From: an uncultured virus (IMG/VR IMGVR_UViG_3300005758_000005)
Lineage: Duplodnaviria; Heunggongvirae; Uroviricota; Caudoviricetes
Length of the DNA: 64,000 bases
Reading direction: 5' to 3' (one strand)
Virus record (IMG/VR): IMGVR_UViG_3300005758_000005
Location: 1-64,000 of that record
Below are positions 1-9,983 of this stretch, piece by piece (position 1 is the stretch's first letter; every line of letters begins with the position of its first letter). A program made the translations under genes and the position numbers. A model generated the notes under the pieces. The model did no database searches. It was not told the origin of the DNA and saw nothing but the letters and a program-made list of their open reading frames with translations.

Positions 1-3000
1 CAGGTGCTTCTTCTCCACCTTTGCCATCACCAGTTGAAAGAAGTTCAATTGTTTGTGTGATCTTATATCTTGCACCACATGTCTTACACTTTGCATCATC
101 AAGAACATCAATATCTACATTCTTAGATCCGCAAACAAGACAGATAGATCCCCATGGAGCTTTTTCACCAGTAGATGTATCATCCGCAGGTGCTTCATCA
201 TCTGCCATATCATCAGCAGTCATTGCGGAGAGACCTAAATCACCACCACCAAGATTGCCCATATCCATTCCAGCGTTAGCATCTACAGGACCAGGGGCAG
301 GAGATTGAGGAGCAGGAGCGCCCATTCCAGCCATCTGTGCATATCTCTCAAGAAGCTTAGAGCGTAAAGACTTAGCAGCTACGACAGCATTTTCAGTCAT
401 AATTACAGGAACGTCTTCGCCATTAAGCTCTGTACCTTCTACTGCATCTTCAGACACTGTATCTACATCATCTGCCTTAAATGTTTTAGTTGTTCTTGAG
501 GAAACAGTTGCGGTAATATCTCCATTTTCGGTAACAGAGAGATCAGTGAAAGCAAATGTTCCTGGATCTACTGTAAAGCCCTTAGATTGTAAAACTTCAA
601 TTGCTTTGTTCTTAAATGCTTCTTCAAAATTATCATCAGAAGGCTTAATTCCACCAAGATCTTCAACGCAGCAATAGAATCTTACACTTTCAAACTTCTC
701 TTGTGTAATGTTCATAGCAGCTGTCTTTTCTGCATTTTGTTGAGCAGTGATAGCCTTAGAAATAAGCTTCTCAGCAACAGCAGGTTCTTCAACAAGTTTC
801 TTAGCAGCTCTTACAAGGGCAGAAGTCTTGATATTATAATTTTCAGAATAGTCAGCGAACCATCCCATTAAATTTTGTGTAATAGTCTGTTTGGATGCAA
901 ATCTTTGTCCCCAGAATTGTCTTCTAGCTCTTGTCTTTGCTCTAGCCTCGGAAACGGATGCAGTCTTAGCATGATTAATATGAGCTTTCATTACATTCTC
1001 ATCCATGCCAGCAACTTCATCAACAATCTCATCAGGTGTTGCGCCGGTATCCTTAGCTGCAGTTCCCATAGAGGCGAGTGCAACTTGGAGATCTTCCTTA
1101 GAAATTAATTCATCATCTTCGGAAACAGCGTTGGAGAGTGCAGCCTTAAGTTCTTCGGCTCTAGATGGAGAAGCGTTCATGCCATCTACAGCAGCATCTT
1201 GAATGTCGGCCATAAGAAGCTCTGCGAATCTTGTAACACCTTCCTTGGTAATTTCACCTTCAGATACAGCAACCTTGAGAGCTTCTGATAAATCTGCAGC
1301 AGTGATAGAACCTTGAGAAACAGCATCACCGAGTTCTTCAAGAATAGCTGTTGTGGAAGATTTTGGTTCCTTTTCTTCCTTAAAGAAATCAGATCTTGCA
1401 TCTTCCTTAGCTCTTACATCAGATCCAAGAGCAGAAGTTTCTACCATTTCAGGAAGTTGTGGTTCTTCAGCTAATTTACCAGCTGAATCCATAATTTCAT
1501 CAGGTGTAACCATAGCAGCAACAACAGCCTTAGCAAGAGCCTTAACTGCGGTAACCATAACTGTTTCAGCATCTGCGGAGCCATGAGTTCTACATTTGGA
1601 CAATCTTTCTTCAAGAGTTCCATCAAGAACACCCTTATTAACCTTAGCGACTAATTCCGAAAGAGTTTCCTTAACTTCTTCGTCCTTAACCTTATTAGCA
1701 TAAAGTCCAGCGTCTGCCAATTGCTTTTCGAGAACTTCAATATTTGCTTCAGATCTACCACTATAGTAAGATCCTGCTAATTCTTCTTCTCTGATTTTAT
1801 CGCCTGATGGGTTTTTTCTTGCGTACTCAGCAGCGTTAGCACCACCGAGTTCTTCATTCATAGCTTTATATTCTTTGTTAGTTCTAAGCTTCTCTAATTC
1901 AACTTCCTTAACACTTCTGTCTGTAGTTGTTTCAAGCAAGGCAGTCTTAACAAATTTATTTAAGTCTTTAAGTAATTCAGAAGCAACCTTAGTGCCTTGT
2001 CCAGATTCCATCATTACTAGAGCATTCTCAGTAAGTACTGGTTCCCAATCAATTTTAACATTGTTATGATAGCCAGAAATTGAACCATCTGTTGACAAAA
2101 CAACTCTATTTCCAGCCCCATCTTCAACTTTAAAATCAATGGTGACGGCGGATGCTGTTCTTTTACGTTGTTCAGACGCAATTTTAGCAAAATGATCCAT
2201 TTGATTTTTTCCCTCCGCCCTGTCATATAGGGGCGCATTTGTTTTTATATTTGTATTGCGTCCAGATGCAGATCTAATGACGCTATTAGTTGCCTCTTTA
2301 ATTAACTCATCATTAACTAAAGAAGACTTGAAAGATAAAATGCCTTCAGCTAATCTTTCAAACTTCGATTTTCTAGTATTATTTGTACTAGCAAAAACTT
2401 CTCTTCTATTATCTTTTGATGCCCATACTAACATTCCATTACTATCAGAAGCAGTTGCAATGCCTCCTCCAATAGGTTCACCCATCATTACAGCAGGTTC
2501 TAATATTCTTCCAACATTTCCAGCAGATGTATAGTTTAAATTAGCCATCTGTTGTGGTTGTTGAAGTTGAGGAGCTGCAGGTTGTCCTTGATTGATAGGT
2601 CTTTGTTGTGCGGTTTGTCCAGTATCAACACCATCATCAATAATATCTTGCATTGTAGATTGTAAATCAGCCATAGACTTAGTGATTTTACCTACATGTG
2701 CAAGATCGATGTTATCTTTCCTTGAGAACATATTCATCACAGCAACTTCCAAGAAATTCAGTGATAAATTAATCAAGTCTAAGATATTTAAGCCAGCTCT
2801 TGGGTCGATTCCTAAAGCTTGCATGACAGCAGAAACAGTAGCATTTTGTCCTGCTCCTGGTTGTGCTAAGAGTTGTCCACCTACAAGAGTTCCAGCGCTT
2901 TGTGCTAATCTGACTGCAGTATTAACAGTATGATTTGCTGTTTTAAGAGCTTGTTGATGTTCAGGAGATTCGTTTAAATGAAATGCTACTGCGATATTTT

Positions 3001-3805
3001 TGTATAGTTCGTTAGCTTTCTTTTCTAATTGTCCAGCAGCTTGAAGAATTTCGTCTACATCGTAAATTTCTTCGATTTCACAGGATTCAAAAGCTCCATC
3101 GCCTACACAAGAGAGTTCAATAAATTTAACCCCATAGTTTTTTTCGTAGATGTGCTTTCCAGAATTAGGATGTTTCTTACCTTTCCACTTTTTAAGACAA
3201 TCGCAGTAATCTTTTTCAGTGTAGGCTTTATTTGAACAATTAGAGCAGATACCGTATTCCACAGAAGCTCCCATAGAAACGTCATGGATTACTCCAGTTC
3301 TAATATTTCTTGCAATATCTGGATAAGCTTCTTCATCTACGAAATAGGTACAGAAAACACAATTTTCTTTTTCGTCCCATTCTGCATATACAACCATACC
3401 TTTAGCTTGTTCAATATCATCATTTTTATGGTTTGTATAGATTGGTACGCCTTCGAAAGTTTTATAAGAAGGGATTTTTTCGCCTTTAATTTCAACTTCT
3501 TTTAATAATTCTTCTTTACTAAAATAATCGCCATTTGCATTTACTACATCTGCATCGATAGCTCTAGCACGAACCCAAAGAAGTTTTGCACCCTTTCTAG
3601 ATTGCATTTCCTTAACGATATCGAAATCTTTATATTTTTTGAAAACATCATCAGGATTTGCATAGAGTGATTGAAGGCCAATTTTAGCAGCTTCTCTAAA
3701 ATTTGTAGAAGCTGTTTTTAGAAGATGTTCTTTTACAAGTTCTCTATCATTAATATCTAGAAAACTCTCAATTGTAATTCTTCCACCTTTGGCAAACTTA
3801 AGCAT
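1..3805 (-). CDS. Prohead (capsid maturation) protease fused to a long scaffold-like region; 3' end runs off the window
   Basis: Not in the ORF track. Manual translation from ATG 3805 (SD GGAG 3820-3817) is open to the window edge: MLKFAKGGRITIESF...NANGDYFSKEELL...YKTFEGVPIYTNHKNDDIEQAKG...IRTGVIHDVSMGASVEYGICSNC...FIELSCVGDGAFE. The His (NH), Ser (VSMG) and ELSxV motifs match HK97-like phage prohead proteases. An acidic, Ala-rich helical region and a CxxC..CxxC follow. Directly downstream of the portal gene. Confidence 0.85.
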   Translation of the reverse strand, partial: MLKFAKGGRITIESFLDINDRELVKEHLLKTASTNFREAAKIGLQSLYANPDDVFKKYKDFDIVKEMQSRKGAKLLWVRARAIDADVVNANGDYFSKEELLKEVEIKGEKIPSYKTFEGVPIYTNHKNDDIEQAKGMVVYAEWDEKENCVFCTYFVDEEAYPDIARNIRTGVIHDVSMGASVEYGICSNCSNKAYTEKDYCDCLKKWKGKKHPNSGKHIYEKNYGVKFIELSCVGDGAFESCEIEEIYDVDEILQAAGQLEKKANELYKNIAVAFHLNESPEHQQALKTANHTVNTAVRLAQSAGTLVGGQLLAQPGAGQNATVSAVMQALGIDPRAGLNILDLINLSLNFLEVAVMNMFSRKDNIDLAHVGKITKSMADLQSTMQDIIDDGVDTGQTAQQRPINQGQPAAPQLQQPQQMANLNYTSAGNVGRILEPAVMMGEPIGGGIATASDSNGMLVWASKDNRREVFASTNNTRKSKFERLAEGILSFKSSLVNDELIKEATNSVIRSASGRNTNIKTNAPLYDRAEGKNQMDHFAKIASEQRKRTASAVTIDFKVEDGAGNRVVLSTDGSISGYHNNVKIDWEPVLTENALVMMESGQGTKVASELLKDLNKFVKTALLETTTDRSVKEVELEKLRTNKEYKAMNEELGGANAAEYARKNPSGDKIREEELAGSYYSGRSEANIEVLEKQLADAGLYANKVKDEEVKETLSELVAKVNKGVLDGTLEERLSKCRTHGSADAETVMVTAVKALAKAVVAAMVTPDEIMDSAGKLAEEPQLPEMVETSALGSDVRAKEDARSDFFKEEKEPKSSTTAILEELGDAVSQGSITAADLSEALKVAVSEGEITKEGVTRFAELLMADIQDAAVDGMNASPSRAEELKAALSNAVSEDDELISKEDLQVALASMGTAAKDTGATPDEIVDEVAGMDENVMKAHINHAKTASVSEARAKTRARRQFWGQRFASKQTITQNLMGWFADYSENYNIKTSALVRAAKKLVEEPAVAEKLISKAITAQQNAEKTAAMNITQEKFESVRFYCCVEDLGGIKPSDDNFEEAFKNKAIEVLQSKGFTVDPGTFAFTDLSVTENGDITATVSSRTTKTFKADDVDTVSEDAVEGTELNGEDVPVIMTENAVVAAKSLRSKLLERYAQMAGMGAPAPQSPAPGPVDANAGMDMGNLGGGDLGLSAMTADDMADDEAPADDTSTGEKAPWGSICLVCGSKNVDIDVLDDAKCKTCGARYKITQTIELLSTGDGKGGEEAP

Positions 3806-3844
3806 ATAATATAATTCTCCGATCAGAGACTAGTCTTAATTTCT

Positions 3845-3870
3845 GTTCTAGAATTTGCCTCTAAATTCCT
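3845..3870 (-). promoter_or_regulatory. Putative SigH-type late promoter (AGGA-N18-GAAC)
   Basis: Minus strand AGGAatttagaggcaaattctaGAAC, 40 nt upstream of the protease ATG; same spacing as the site at 10929-10954. Confidence 0.6.
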
Positions 3871-3885
3871 GTTATTTGTACAGAT

Positions 3886-6291
3886 TTAAACAAATTCTTC
3901 TGTCATATTAGAGTTACCCAATTTTTTTCTAATAGCTTGGGAAATGACATTAATTACATCTTGTGAATGTTCTTTAAGTTCTTTATCGGTAAATCTTAAT
4001 ACAGTCCATCCATTGGCAGAAAGTTCAATATCTCTTCTTTTATCCCTAGCAATTTTTTCAGGATTATTGTGCCAAATTTCTCCATCGGCTTCAATTGCAA
4101 TGCCTAATTCTGGAATAGCAGCATCTAGTTGATAATCCATTGTAGGTCCAGCTAAATATTGTCCATAAATTGCAAAAGGAAGATTCATAGAAAGAAGCAT
4201 GCTGTAAAGTGATTTTTCTAGACTTGTGAACATTTGTGCTTGAGGTCTATTTAGTTTCTTTTTAGCATATCTGTATCTAATATTTTCATCTTCAGAATTT
4301 TGCCAGGATGAGAAAACTTGATTTGCTTCATAATTAACTGGGAAAGAAAATTCTCCTCCAAATTCAGCAATTCTTAGGCTATTTCCAAAGCCATCATATT
4401 CCTCTGGTAATGCTCCTAAGTTTCCTCTTCCTGTCACTGGTGTAATTGATTTAAGGAAAAGTTCATGAGCAACAGATTTAAATTTAACGGAAGCTAGTCT
4501 TTGATTAGAATCTTGTAAATGTCCATTAAGTTTGTCTTTGTAGATTTCATTAATAACATTTGAAGCTAATCTATATGTTTCTGTTTTAGTCTTAGCGGTA
4601 GGAGCTGGTCCCGGTGCTGGTGCTGGTGCTGGAGGAGGTGCAGGAGCTCCCATTGGTGGTGCTCCTATACCCATATCTGGAGCACCCATTCCCATACCAG
4701 GCTCAGGCATTGCTGGTCCACCGCCTGTAAATCCTTGTCCTGTCACTGGTCCTGAAGAGAATCCTGTAAGCATGTCTGTATTAGCAATATTAGGATTGTT
4801 TACAAAACCTGATCCTTGTTCAAATCTTAATCTTTCAATTTCCTGATCTGGGTCAAGTCCAAAAGATTCAATAAGAGTCATATTAGAAATAACTCCATTT
4901 GAATTAGCAGTAACAAGCATTTGAAGCTTTCCTGTATCGTCTCTTAATTGAAGATCATCGAATTTAATTTTAGGATAGATAATTTCATCTTGTCCTCTTT
5001 CGCCTTCAACAACAAAACCATTCCAGATTGCCACTTGTTTGAAAAGTTGTTCTTCAATCCAGTGTGCAACTTCTCTTCGGAAAGTTTCAAGTCTTTGGGC
5101 CATAGCAAGAAGACCAACTTGAGCATTTCCATATGTAGGACCTTCACCATTAAGTAGAGCCTTGTTGAGCATAAGACCATCTAAAATTTCTTGGTCAATT
5201 AATTCATATTCGTTAGTTAATTGAAGAACCTTGCCAGAAGCACCATAAAATTCAAAATCAAAAGCATGGTGAGTAACAAGTGTGAGGTTAGGGTCATTTG
5301 CAATTGTGGCTAATTCTTCCTGAACATTGTCAATATCTTCTTGTGATGCAGGTCTTTGATCATTACCTACCTTGACAATTTTAATAGGGAGAATATGTCT
5401 TTCAGCGACTAACCATTGTGATTGTCTTAATTTATCTTTATATGCTAATGTTGGGAATAATGGTCTAATCATAGGTGTGCCATAATCTTCCCAAGGGTTA
5501 GATCCATGTTTAAAGTGCTTGATAGAAATAGGGTTTAATTTAATTGGTTCTCCCCTAAGTATCATTTTCTTTACTGAATCTGGAATTTGATCATAATATT
5601 CTCTTGGTTGTTTTTCTTGGACAATTCTAATTTCTTCTGCGGATGGTCTGTAAACATATTGTCCTTCTTGATCAATCATTCCGGGCATTTTCATTACACT
5701 ATCAGGATTTAAAATAGAGATAGATTTCCAAGTTGCGCCTTCATGTTGACATTCTTGGTTCTTCTTAGTATCCCAGTTTGAACCATGACAGTGAGGACAA
5801 TCAATTGAGGCTAAAACAAATACATCTCCAAGTAAATGATAAACCTTGGATATTTCTGGGAGCCACTTTTGGAAATTAAGTTTTTGAATGAGTTTCTCGA
5901 AATAATCTTTGACATACGAGGAAGAACATTCGAGTTTCCATCCAGAGAAAGGGTAGTTAGTGTAGAAATTGATACCAGCTGCAATTTTAGGTTCATTATT
6001 TCTCCACCAGTTCGCCCATAAATAAACTTCTTTTCGTGCATTTGGAATTTGGAATGAAGTAGCAGTAAGGAATGGGGAATAAAAGTTAGGAGATGTTGTA
6101 ATATTACCAGACATCTGTGAAAACTTAGTCATATTTGGAGAAACATTTGCTCCAAGAGATGATGCAGCTCTAGATGATGCATAGGCTCTATCAATATTAA
6201 AGCCTTCGGATCCTGTTACTCTTTCTCCGGTTACTGTTTGAGCTGCAGTTTTAAATACTGTTTGTAATGATGAAATGTTTTCTGTTGACAA
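3886..6291 (-). CDS. Phage portal protein with Pro-rich linker and C-terminal DUF559/Vsr-like endonuclease domain
   Basis: Portal-like core (EPKIAAGINFYTNYP, LLGDVF, YGTPMIRPLFPTLAYKDKLRQSQ, LVTHHAFDFEFYGASGK, PKIKFDDLQLRD). C-terminus YQLDAAIPELGIAIEADGEIWH...RDKRRDIELSANGWTVLRF is DUF559-like. TTG start with GGGAG SD; adjacent to the protease gene. Confidence 0.85.
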   Translation of the reverse strand: MSTENISSLQTVFKTAAQTVTGERVTGSEGFNIDRAYASSRAASSLGANVSPNMTKFSQMSGNITTSPNFYSPFLTATSFQIPNARKEVYLWANWWRNNEPKIAAGINFYTNYPFSGWKLECSSSYVKDYFEKLIQKLNFQKWLPEISKVYHLLGDVFVLASIDCPHCHGSNWDTKKNQECQHEGATWKSISILNPDSVMKMPGMIDQEGQYVYRPSAEEIRIVQEKQPREYYDQIPDSVKKMILRGEPIKLNPISIKHFKHGSNPWEDYGTPMIRPLFPTLAYKDKLRQSQWLVAERHILPIKIVKVGNDQRPASQEDIDNVQEELATIANDPNLTLVTHHAFDFEFYGASGKVLQLTNEYELIDQEILDGLMLNKALLNGEGPTYGNAQVGLLAMAQRLETFRREVAHWIEEQLFKQVAIWNGFVVEGERGQDEIIYPKIKFDDLQLRDDTGKLQMLVTANSNGVISNMTLIESFGLDPDQEIERLRFEQGSGFVNNPNIANTDMLTGFSSGPVTGQGFTGGGPAMPEPGMGMGAPDMGIGAPPMGAPAPPPAPAPAPGPAPTAKTKTETYRLASNVINEIYKDKLNGHLQDSNQRLASVKFKSVAHELFLKSITPVTGRGNLGALPEEYDGFGNSLRIAEFGGEFSFPVNYEANQVFSSWQNSEDENIRYRYAKKKLNRPQAQMFTSLEKSLYSMLLSMNLPFAIYGQYLAGPTMDYQLDAAIPELGIAIEADGEIWHNNPEKIARDKRRDIELSANGWTVLRFTDKELKEHSQDVINVISQAIRKKLGNSNMTEEFV

Positions 6292-6316
6292 TTTATTCTC
6301 CCGTTAATATTATACT

Positions 6317-6694
6317 TCAGTTTAATGTAATATTAGAAGGGAGATCTTGAAACATGTCAGCGCCTTTGCCAACGTTATATTGAGGTACGCCCCTAATAAG
6401 CATGTCTCCTCTAATATTCTCTGTACTACTCATAGATTGAAATACTGGATCATCTTCTCTTGTGTTTTTTAGTTGCTCTTCTAAAGTTAAAAACTCTGGA
6501 GAATCTTTTGATATTGATAATAAATCTAATAATTGATTTCTTTGTTGTTCAGATAATTTTCTGTATGCATCTAAACTAATTTGCATTTGATCTAATAAAT
6601 TTTTTACTTGAGGTAATAATTGTTCATCCTCTTGCAAATTAGGGGAAGAAATAATTCCTCCCCCAATAGAATTTTGTGCGATTCTATACCACAT
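6317..6694 (-). CDS. Hypothetical head-associated protein (N-terminus MWYRIAQ)
   Basis: 125-aa ORF abutting its upstream neighbour; carries RIAQ and TLEEQL motifs shared with other head-cluster proteins. Confidence 0.7.
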   Translation of the reverse strand: MWYRIAQNSIGGGIISSPNLQEDEQLLPQVKNLLDQMQISLDAYRKLSEQQRNQLLDLLSISKDSPEFLTLEEQLKNTREDDPVFQSMSSTENIRGDMLIRGVPQYNVGKGADMFQDLPSNITLN

Positions 6695-8191
6695 TTAGTC
6701 TTCTCTTGAATCCTCTAAAAGGGAATCCAATCCTAGTTCGCTAGCAAAATGTTTCAAATCATCATCAGAATATTGATGTCCCCAATCAGCTTCTTCAGCT
6801 AAAAGTTCTTCAATAGTTTTTTCAATATCTTCGTTAGTTCTTTTGGATTCTAACTCTTCTTCTCTGGTAATTGGTTCTTTTTTTGCTGTTTTGTTAAGAT
6901 GTTGAGAAACTGTCATGTCATCTCCATCCCCAGCATCTTTGAGAATTTGTTCAATGTACCACTTAGGAGCATTTTGTTTCTTGAGAAGTTCTTCAGCATA
7001 TGTTTCGAATCTCTCGTCTCTTCTGGAAATTAAATTGTCAGATTCATTGAGATTTTCTTCAATTGTTGCTTCAGTGTCAAATTCATTGTGGGATTCTACA
7101 TCTCTCATAGAATCATGTTTGTTTGTTCTTGGTAATTGATCTTCAAGAACTTTATCTGTATGAGTTTGTGCAGTTTTGGTAGATTTCTCATCGTTTCTTC
7201 TACCTAAATCTGCTGGCTTGGCTTTCCCTAAAGATTCTTCAATAGATGTGAAATTATCTTTGTTTTTGTGGGATTTAGAAGCTTCAAATCTTGCTTCGTA
7301 TCCAATTTCACCTTCAGTAATTTCATTTTCTCTATTACTGTCAGAAAGGTTTAAAAGATTCTTAGCATTGTCAGGATGTCTATGAACATTAAGTCTATTT
7401 TCCATCTTGGCATGTGTATCAGCAGTAACTCTTAACCAATCTTGATATGCACATGTAACGGAACCATCTTTTGCAATTCTAGAATCAATGCAGTTTTCTC
7501 TACACTTGCTTGTTTCCATAGGTACTGCATGACCGAGTTCAACTTTACCCTTTGGACATAGGAGATATGGTTCATTTCCCTGAGTTGATAATGAGGTGTA
7601 AGCAAGTCTTGTAGATTTTGTAGGAGTAATGGCATCAAAAGCTAATTTAATAGTATCTTTAGCTTCTTCAATATTTGCTGAAAGAATTTGATCCTTTGCA
7701 ATATTGGCAATCTTTTTCATTTCAAGGGATGAATCTGAAATGATATATTGAATTGCGTTAAGAGCTTCTAATTGATGATGTCCTGGAGAAGATTTTGCAA
7801 TTTTAGATGCAATTCTTTCCATTTGTGCAGCTTCATCATCTTCCATGCTTGCTAAAGAAGCGTAAGCATGTCTCAGAGCTTTTCTATGTTCGGATAGTCT
7901 AAAAGCTGATAGATTGTTAAATAAATCCTGAAGATGGTTTATAGGATTATTACCACTCATGATTTTGATAACTCTTACTGGACCGCCTAAAGAATTGAAA
8001 TGATTTACTGTTGGATCTTGACTATTGAAATCAGAACCTTCTAATAAATTAAAAGGATGTTCAATTTTCTTGTGTAATGCATCAACAGAATCTTTAATAG
8101 CTTGAAGTAATCCGCTGCCAGAAATTAAATTCTTTGCTTTTTCTGGATCATGTGTGTGATATTTTGTTGTAACTTTAAATCCTTTAGCCAT
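6695..8191 (-). CDS. Hypothetical head-associated protein with Cys-rich domain and repeated ExxL motifs
   Basis: About 498 aa; likely ATG 8191 after a GGGGG SD. Contains CPK...CRENC...C; the acidic C-half has repeated (S/T)IEExL motifs and there are several K/R-x-A motifs. Confidence 0.75.
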   Translation of the reverse strand: MAKGFKVTTKYHTHDPEKAKNLISGSGLLQAIKDSVDALHKKIEHPFNLLEGSDFNSQDPTVNHFNSLGGPVRVIKIMSGNNPINHLQDLFNNLSAFRLSEHRKALRHAYASLASMEDDEAAQMERIASKIAKSSPGHHQLEALNAIQYIISDSSLEMKKIANIAKDQILSANIEEAKDTIKLAFDAITPTKSTRLAYTSLSTQGNEPYLLCPKGKVELGHAVPMETSKCRENCIDSRIAKDGSVTCAYQDWLRVTADTHAKMENRLNVHRHPDNAKNLLNLSDSNRENEITEGEIGYEARFEASKSHKNKDNFTSIEESLGKAKPADLGRRNDEKSTKTAQTHTDKVLEDQLPRTNKHDSMRDVESHNEFDTEATIEENLNESDNLISRRDERFETYAEELLKKQNAPKWYIEQILKDAGDGDDMTVSQHLNKTAKKEPITREEELESKRTNEDIEKTIEELLAEEADWGHQYSDDDLKHFASELGLDSLLEDSRED

Positions 8192-9080
8192 TTTTGCCCC
8201 CAAGCCCTAAATTTTGAACTAACTCTAAATCATAATCTCTTGCTTTGAGAGCTTTTTTAATTAGTTCTAACTCTTTTTTAGCAAGATTCTTATCAACTGG
8301 TTCTTTTCCATCATTCCCAACAGTCTTTTTATCTGTATCTACTACTGACATAAGAAAGATTGCTCTATTAATAAGATCGATAGTCGAAATTTTGTTATAA
8401 TCTTGCTCTACATCATAAATTGTTTCTGCTGCAGTTCTTAAATTGACATCAGAAGAACTTTTGGTTTTTCTTTCTTTTTTCTTATTATAGTCTTTTACAA
8501 GGTCAACAGCTTTTTCAATAGTTTCGTTATTCCAATATTTTTGCTTTGATAAATATCTAACAATATCAGATTTTTCAATCCCATGGTCTAATAACTTTCC
8601 AACCTTACCCATTAAAACTCTAAATGGATTGCCTCTAGTTTTTTTCTTCTTTTTAGGGGCTTGGGCAACTTTTAAATTAAATTTGACAGTTGCTTCTTTA
8701 GTATTATTTTCCATTGGATTTTCCTTAAAACCATCTAATCTATTTAATTGGCGATATAATCTCTGAGCTAATTCTTTTGCATTAGGATCTTTTTTGCCAG
8801 TAGCTGGATCTTTTGTTTCTCTTCTAGGATCATTCGCTAAGTCAATTGCTCTAATAATAATGCCTAATTTCTTTTTGACATTTTCATCTTGTACTTTGAG
8901 AATAAAATCTTCATAAACAGCTTTTAATTCTTTAATCTTTTCAGAATCAGCATTAATTGTTTCTTTTAAGAGTTTATTTAATTGATTTTTTGAAACTCTA
9001 CTAGAATCGCCACCACCTAAGTGAATGTTATTAATACCATTTGCTGGATTTGAAGCTATACCTGCATTCTCAGAATACAT
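8184..9080 (-). CDS. Hypothetical head-cluster protein
   Basis: 298-aa ORF coupled to both neighbours; KFNLKVAQ and NLRTAA motifs. Confidence 0.75.
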   Translation of the reverse strand: MYSENAGIASNPANGINNIHLGGGDSSRVSKNQLNKLLKETINADSEKIKELKAVYEDFILKVQDENVKKKLGIIIRAIDLANDPRRETKDPATGKKDPNAKELAQRLYRQLNRLDGFKENPMENNTKEATVKFNLKVAQAPKKKKKTRGNPFRVLMGKVGKLLDHGIEKSDIVRYLSKQKYWNNETIEKAVDLVKDYNKKKERKTKSSSDVNLRTAAETIYDVEQDYNKISTIDLINRAIFLMSVVDTDKKTVGNDGKEPVDKNLAKKELELIKKALKARDYDLELVQNLGLGGKNG

Positions 9081-9905
9081 TTAGTCCTCTTTGTCAAAAT
9101 CAAGATTAACTCTATTATAAATTTGATTAATTGTTTGTGCGCTTAATTCAGCTCTAGATTCAAATTCTTCTCTAGCCTTCTTCTCTAAAGCTAACTTAGA
9201 TTCTCTTCTTTGTGCAGCTGTTGCAACTCTTAAAGCTTCTCTTTCATCAAGTGCTTTAAGGTCTACAGCGCCAAAAGATGCATCATAAGCATAATCTGTA
9301 GAAGATCTAAGAATATTATGTCCTCTTGAATTAACAACATTGGATTTTCTAAGCTCATTCATCTTTGAAGATTCCCAAGATTGATGCTTGGATGCTCTAG
9401 CTTCTCTTTGTTGTTGTTGATCAACAATAGCTTGTTGTGAGGTAGCTTCTTGGCTTTGCTTGAAAGATTCTGCAATATCAATCATATCAGGATTGAAAAT
9501 CGATGCAGATCTAGATAACATAGCTGCCATATAATCTTCAGATGAGAATGCCTTCAATCCACTAGTTAATGTTCTAGCGTTATCACCTTCATCATAAGCA
9601 TATGAGGATCTCTTGATTGTCTCAGCACTCAAACCAGCTGTTCTCTCAATCTCTGCAACTCTTTCTTCAAAAGATAAATCTCTCAATTCATTGTAGAGAG
9701 ATGGTCCTTGAATTTTTTCCCAGCTGTTGTTCTTAAAACTGGCTTCTTTATTAAATCCAGTTTGCTTTGCAATCTTAGTTCTATTGTCCTGAGAATTTGC
9801 CTTTAATTCAGCATATGGGTCATCGTTCTCTGGAGTGCCAAAGAAACTCTTTTCCAAAATTGATGGAATCTGTTCGATTTGTGAAACTTTCTTGAATTTA
9901 CTCAT
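9081..9905 (-). CDS. Hypothetical head-cluster protein
   Basis: 274-aa helical ORF with AGGGA SD; KIAK, KEAS and RTAG motifs. Confidence 0.75.
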   Translation of the reverse strand: MSKFKKVSQIEQIPSILEKSFFGTPENDDPYAELKANSQDNRTKIAKQTGFNKEASFKNNSWEKIQGPSLYNELRDLSFEERVAEIERTAGLSAETIKRSSYAYDEGDNARTLTSGLKAFSSEDYMAAMLSRSASIFNPDMIDIAESFKQSQEATSQQAIVDQQQQREARASKHQSWESSKMNELRKSNVVNSRGHNILRSSTDYAYDASFGAVDLKALDEREALRVATAAQRRESKLALEKKAREEFESRAELSAQTINQIYNRVNLDFDKED

Positions 9906-9938
9906 ATCTTTTCCCTATTAAGCCCTAAAAATACTCAA

Positions 9939-9961
9939 TCCCCCTGTTATTCACAGGGGGA
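9939..9961 (-). terminator. Stem-loop downstream of the 302-aa gene (probable terminator or stabiliser)
   Basis: TCCCCCTGT-tattc-ACAGGGGGA, 9-bp stem; the U-tract is weak. Confidence 0.55.
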
Positions 9962-9983
9962 ATTATCTCGAAGGGTTTATAAT

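Noticed and set aside
21..3505. Short ORFs listed in the track in the first 3.5 kb
   Set aside because: They are antisense or out-of-frame shadows of the long minus-strand protease ORF 3805->1.
4597..4725. GC-rich repeat-like DNA
   Set aside because: Explained by Pro/Ala/Gly codons of the portal linker; not an independent DNA repeat.
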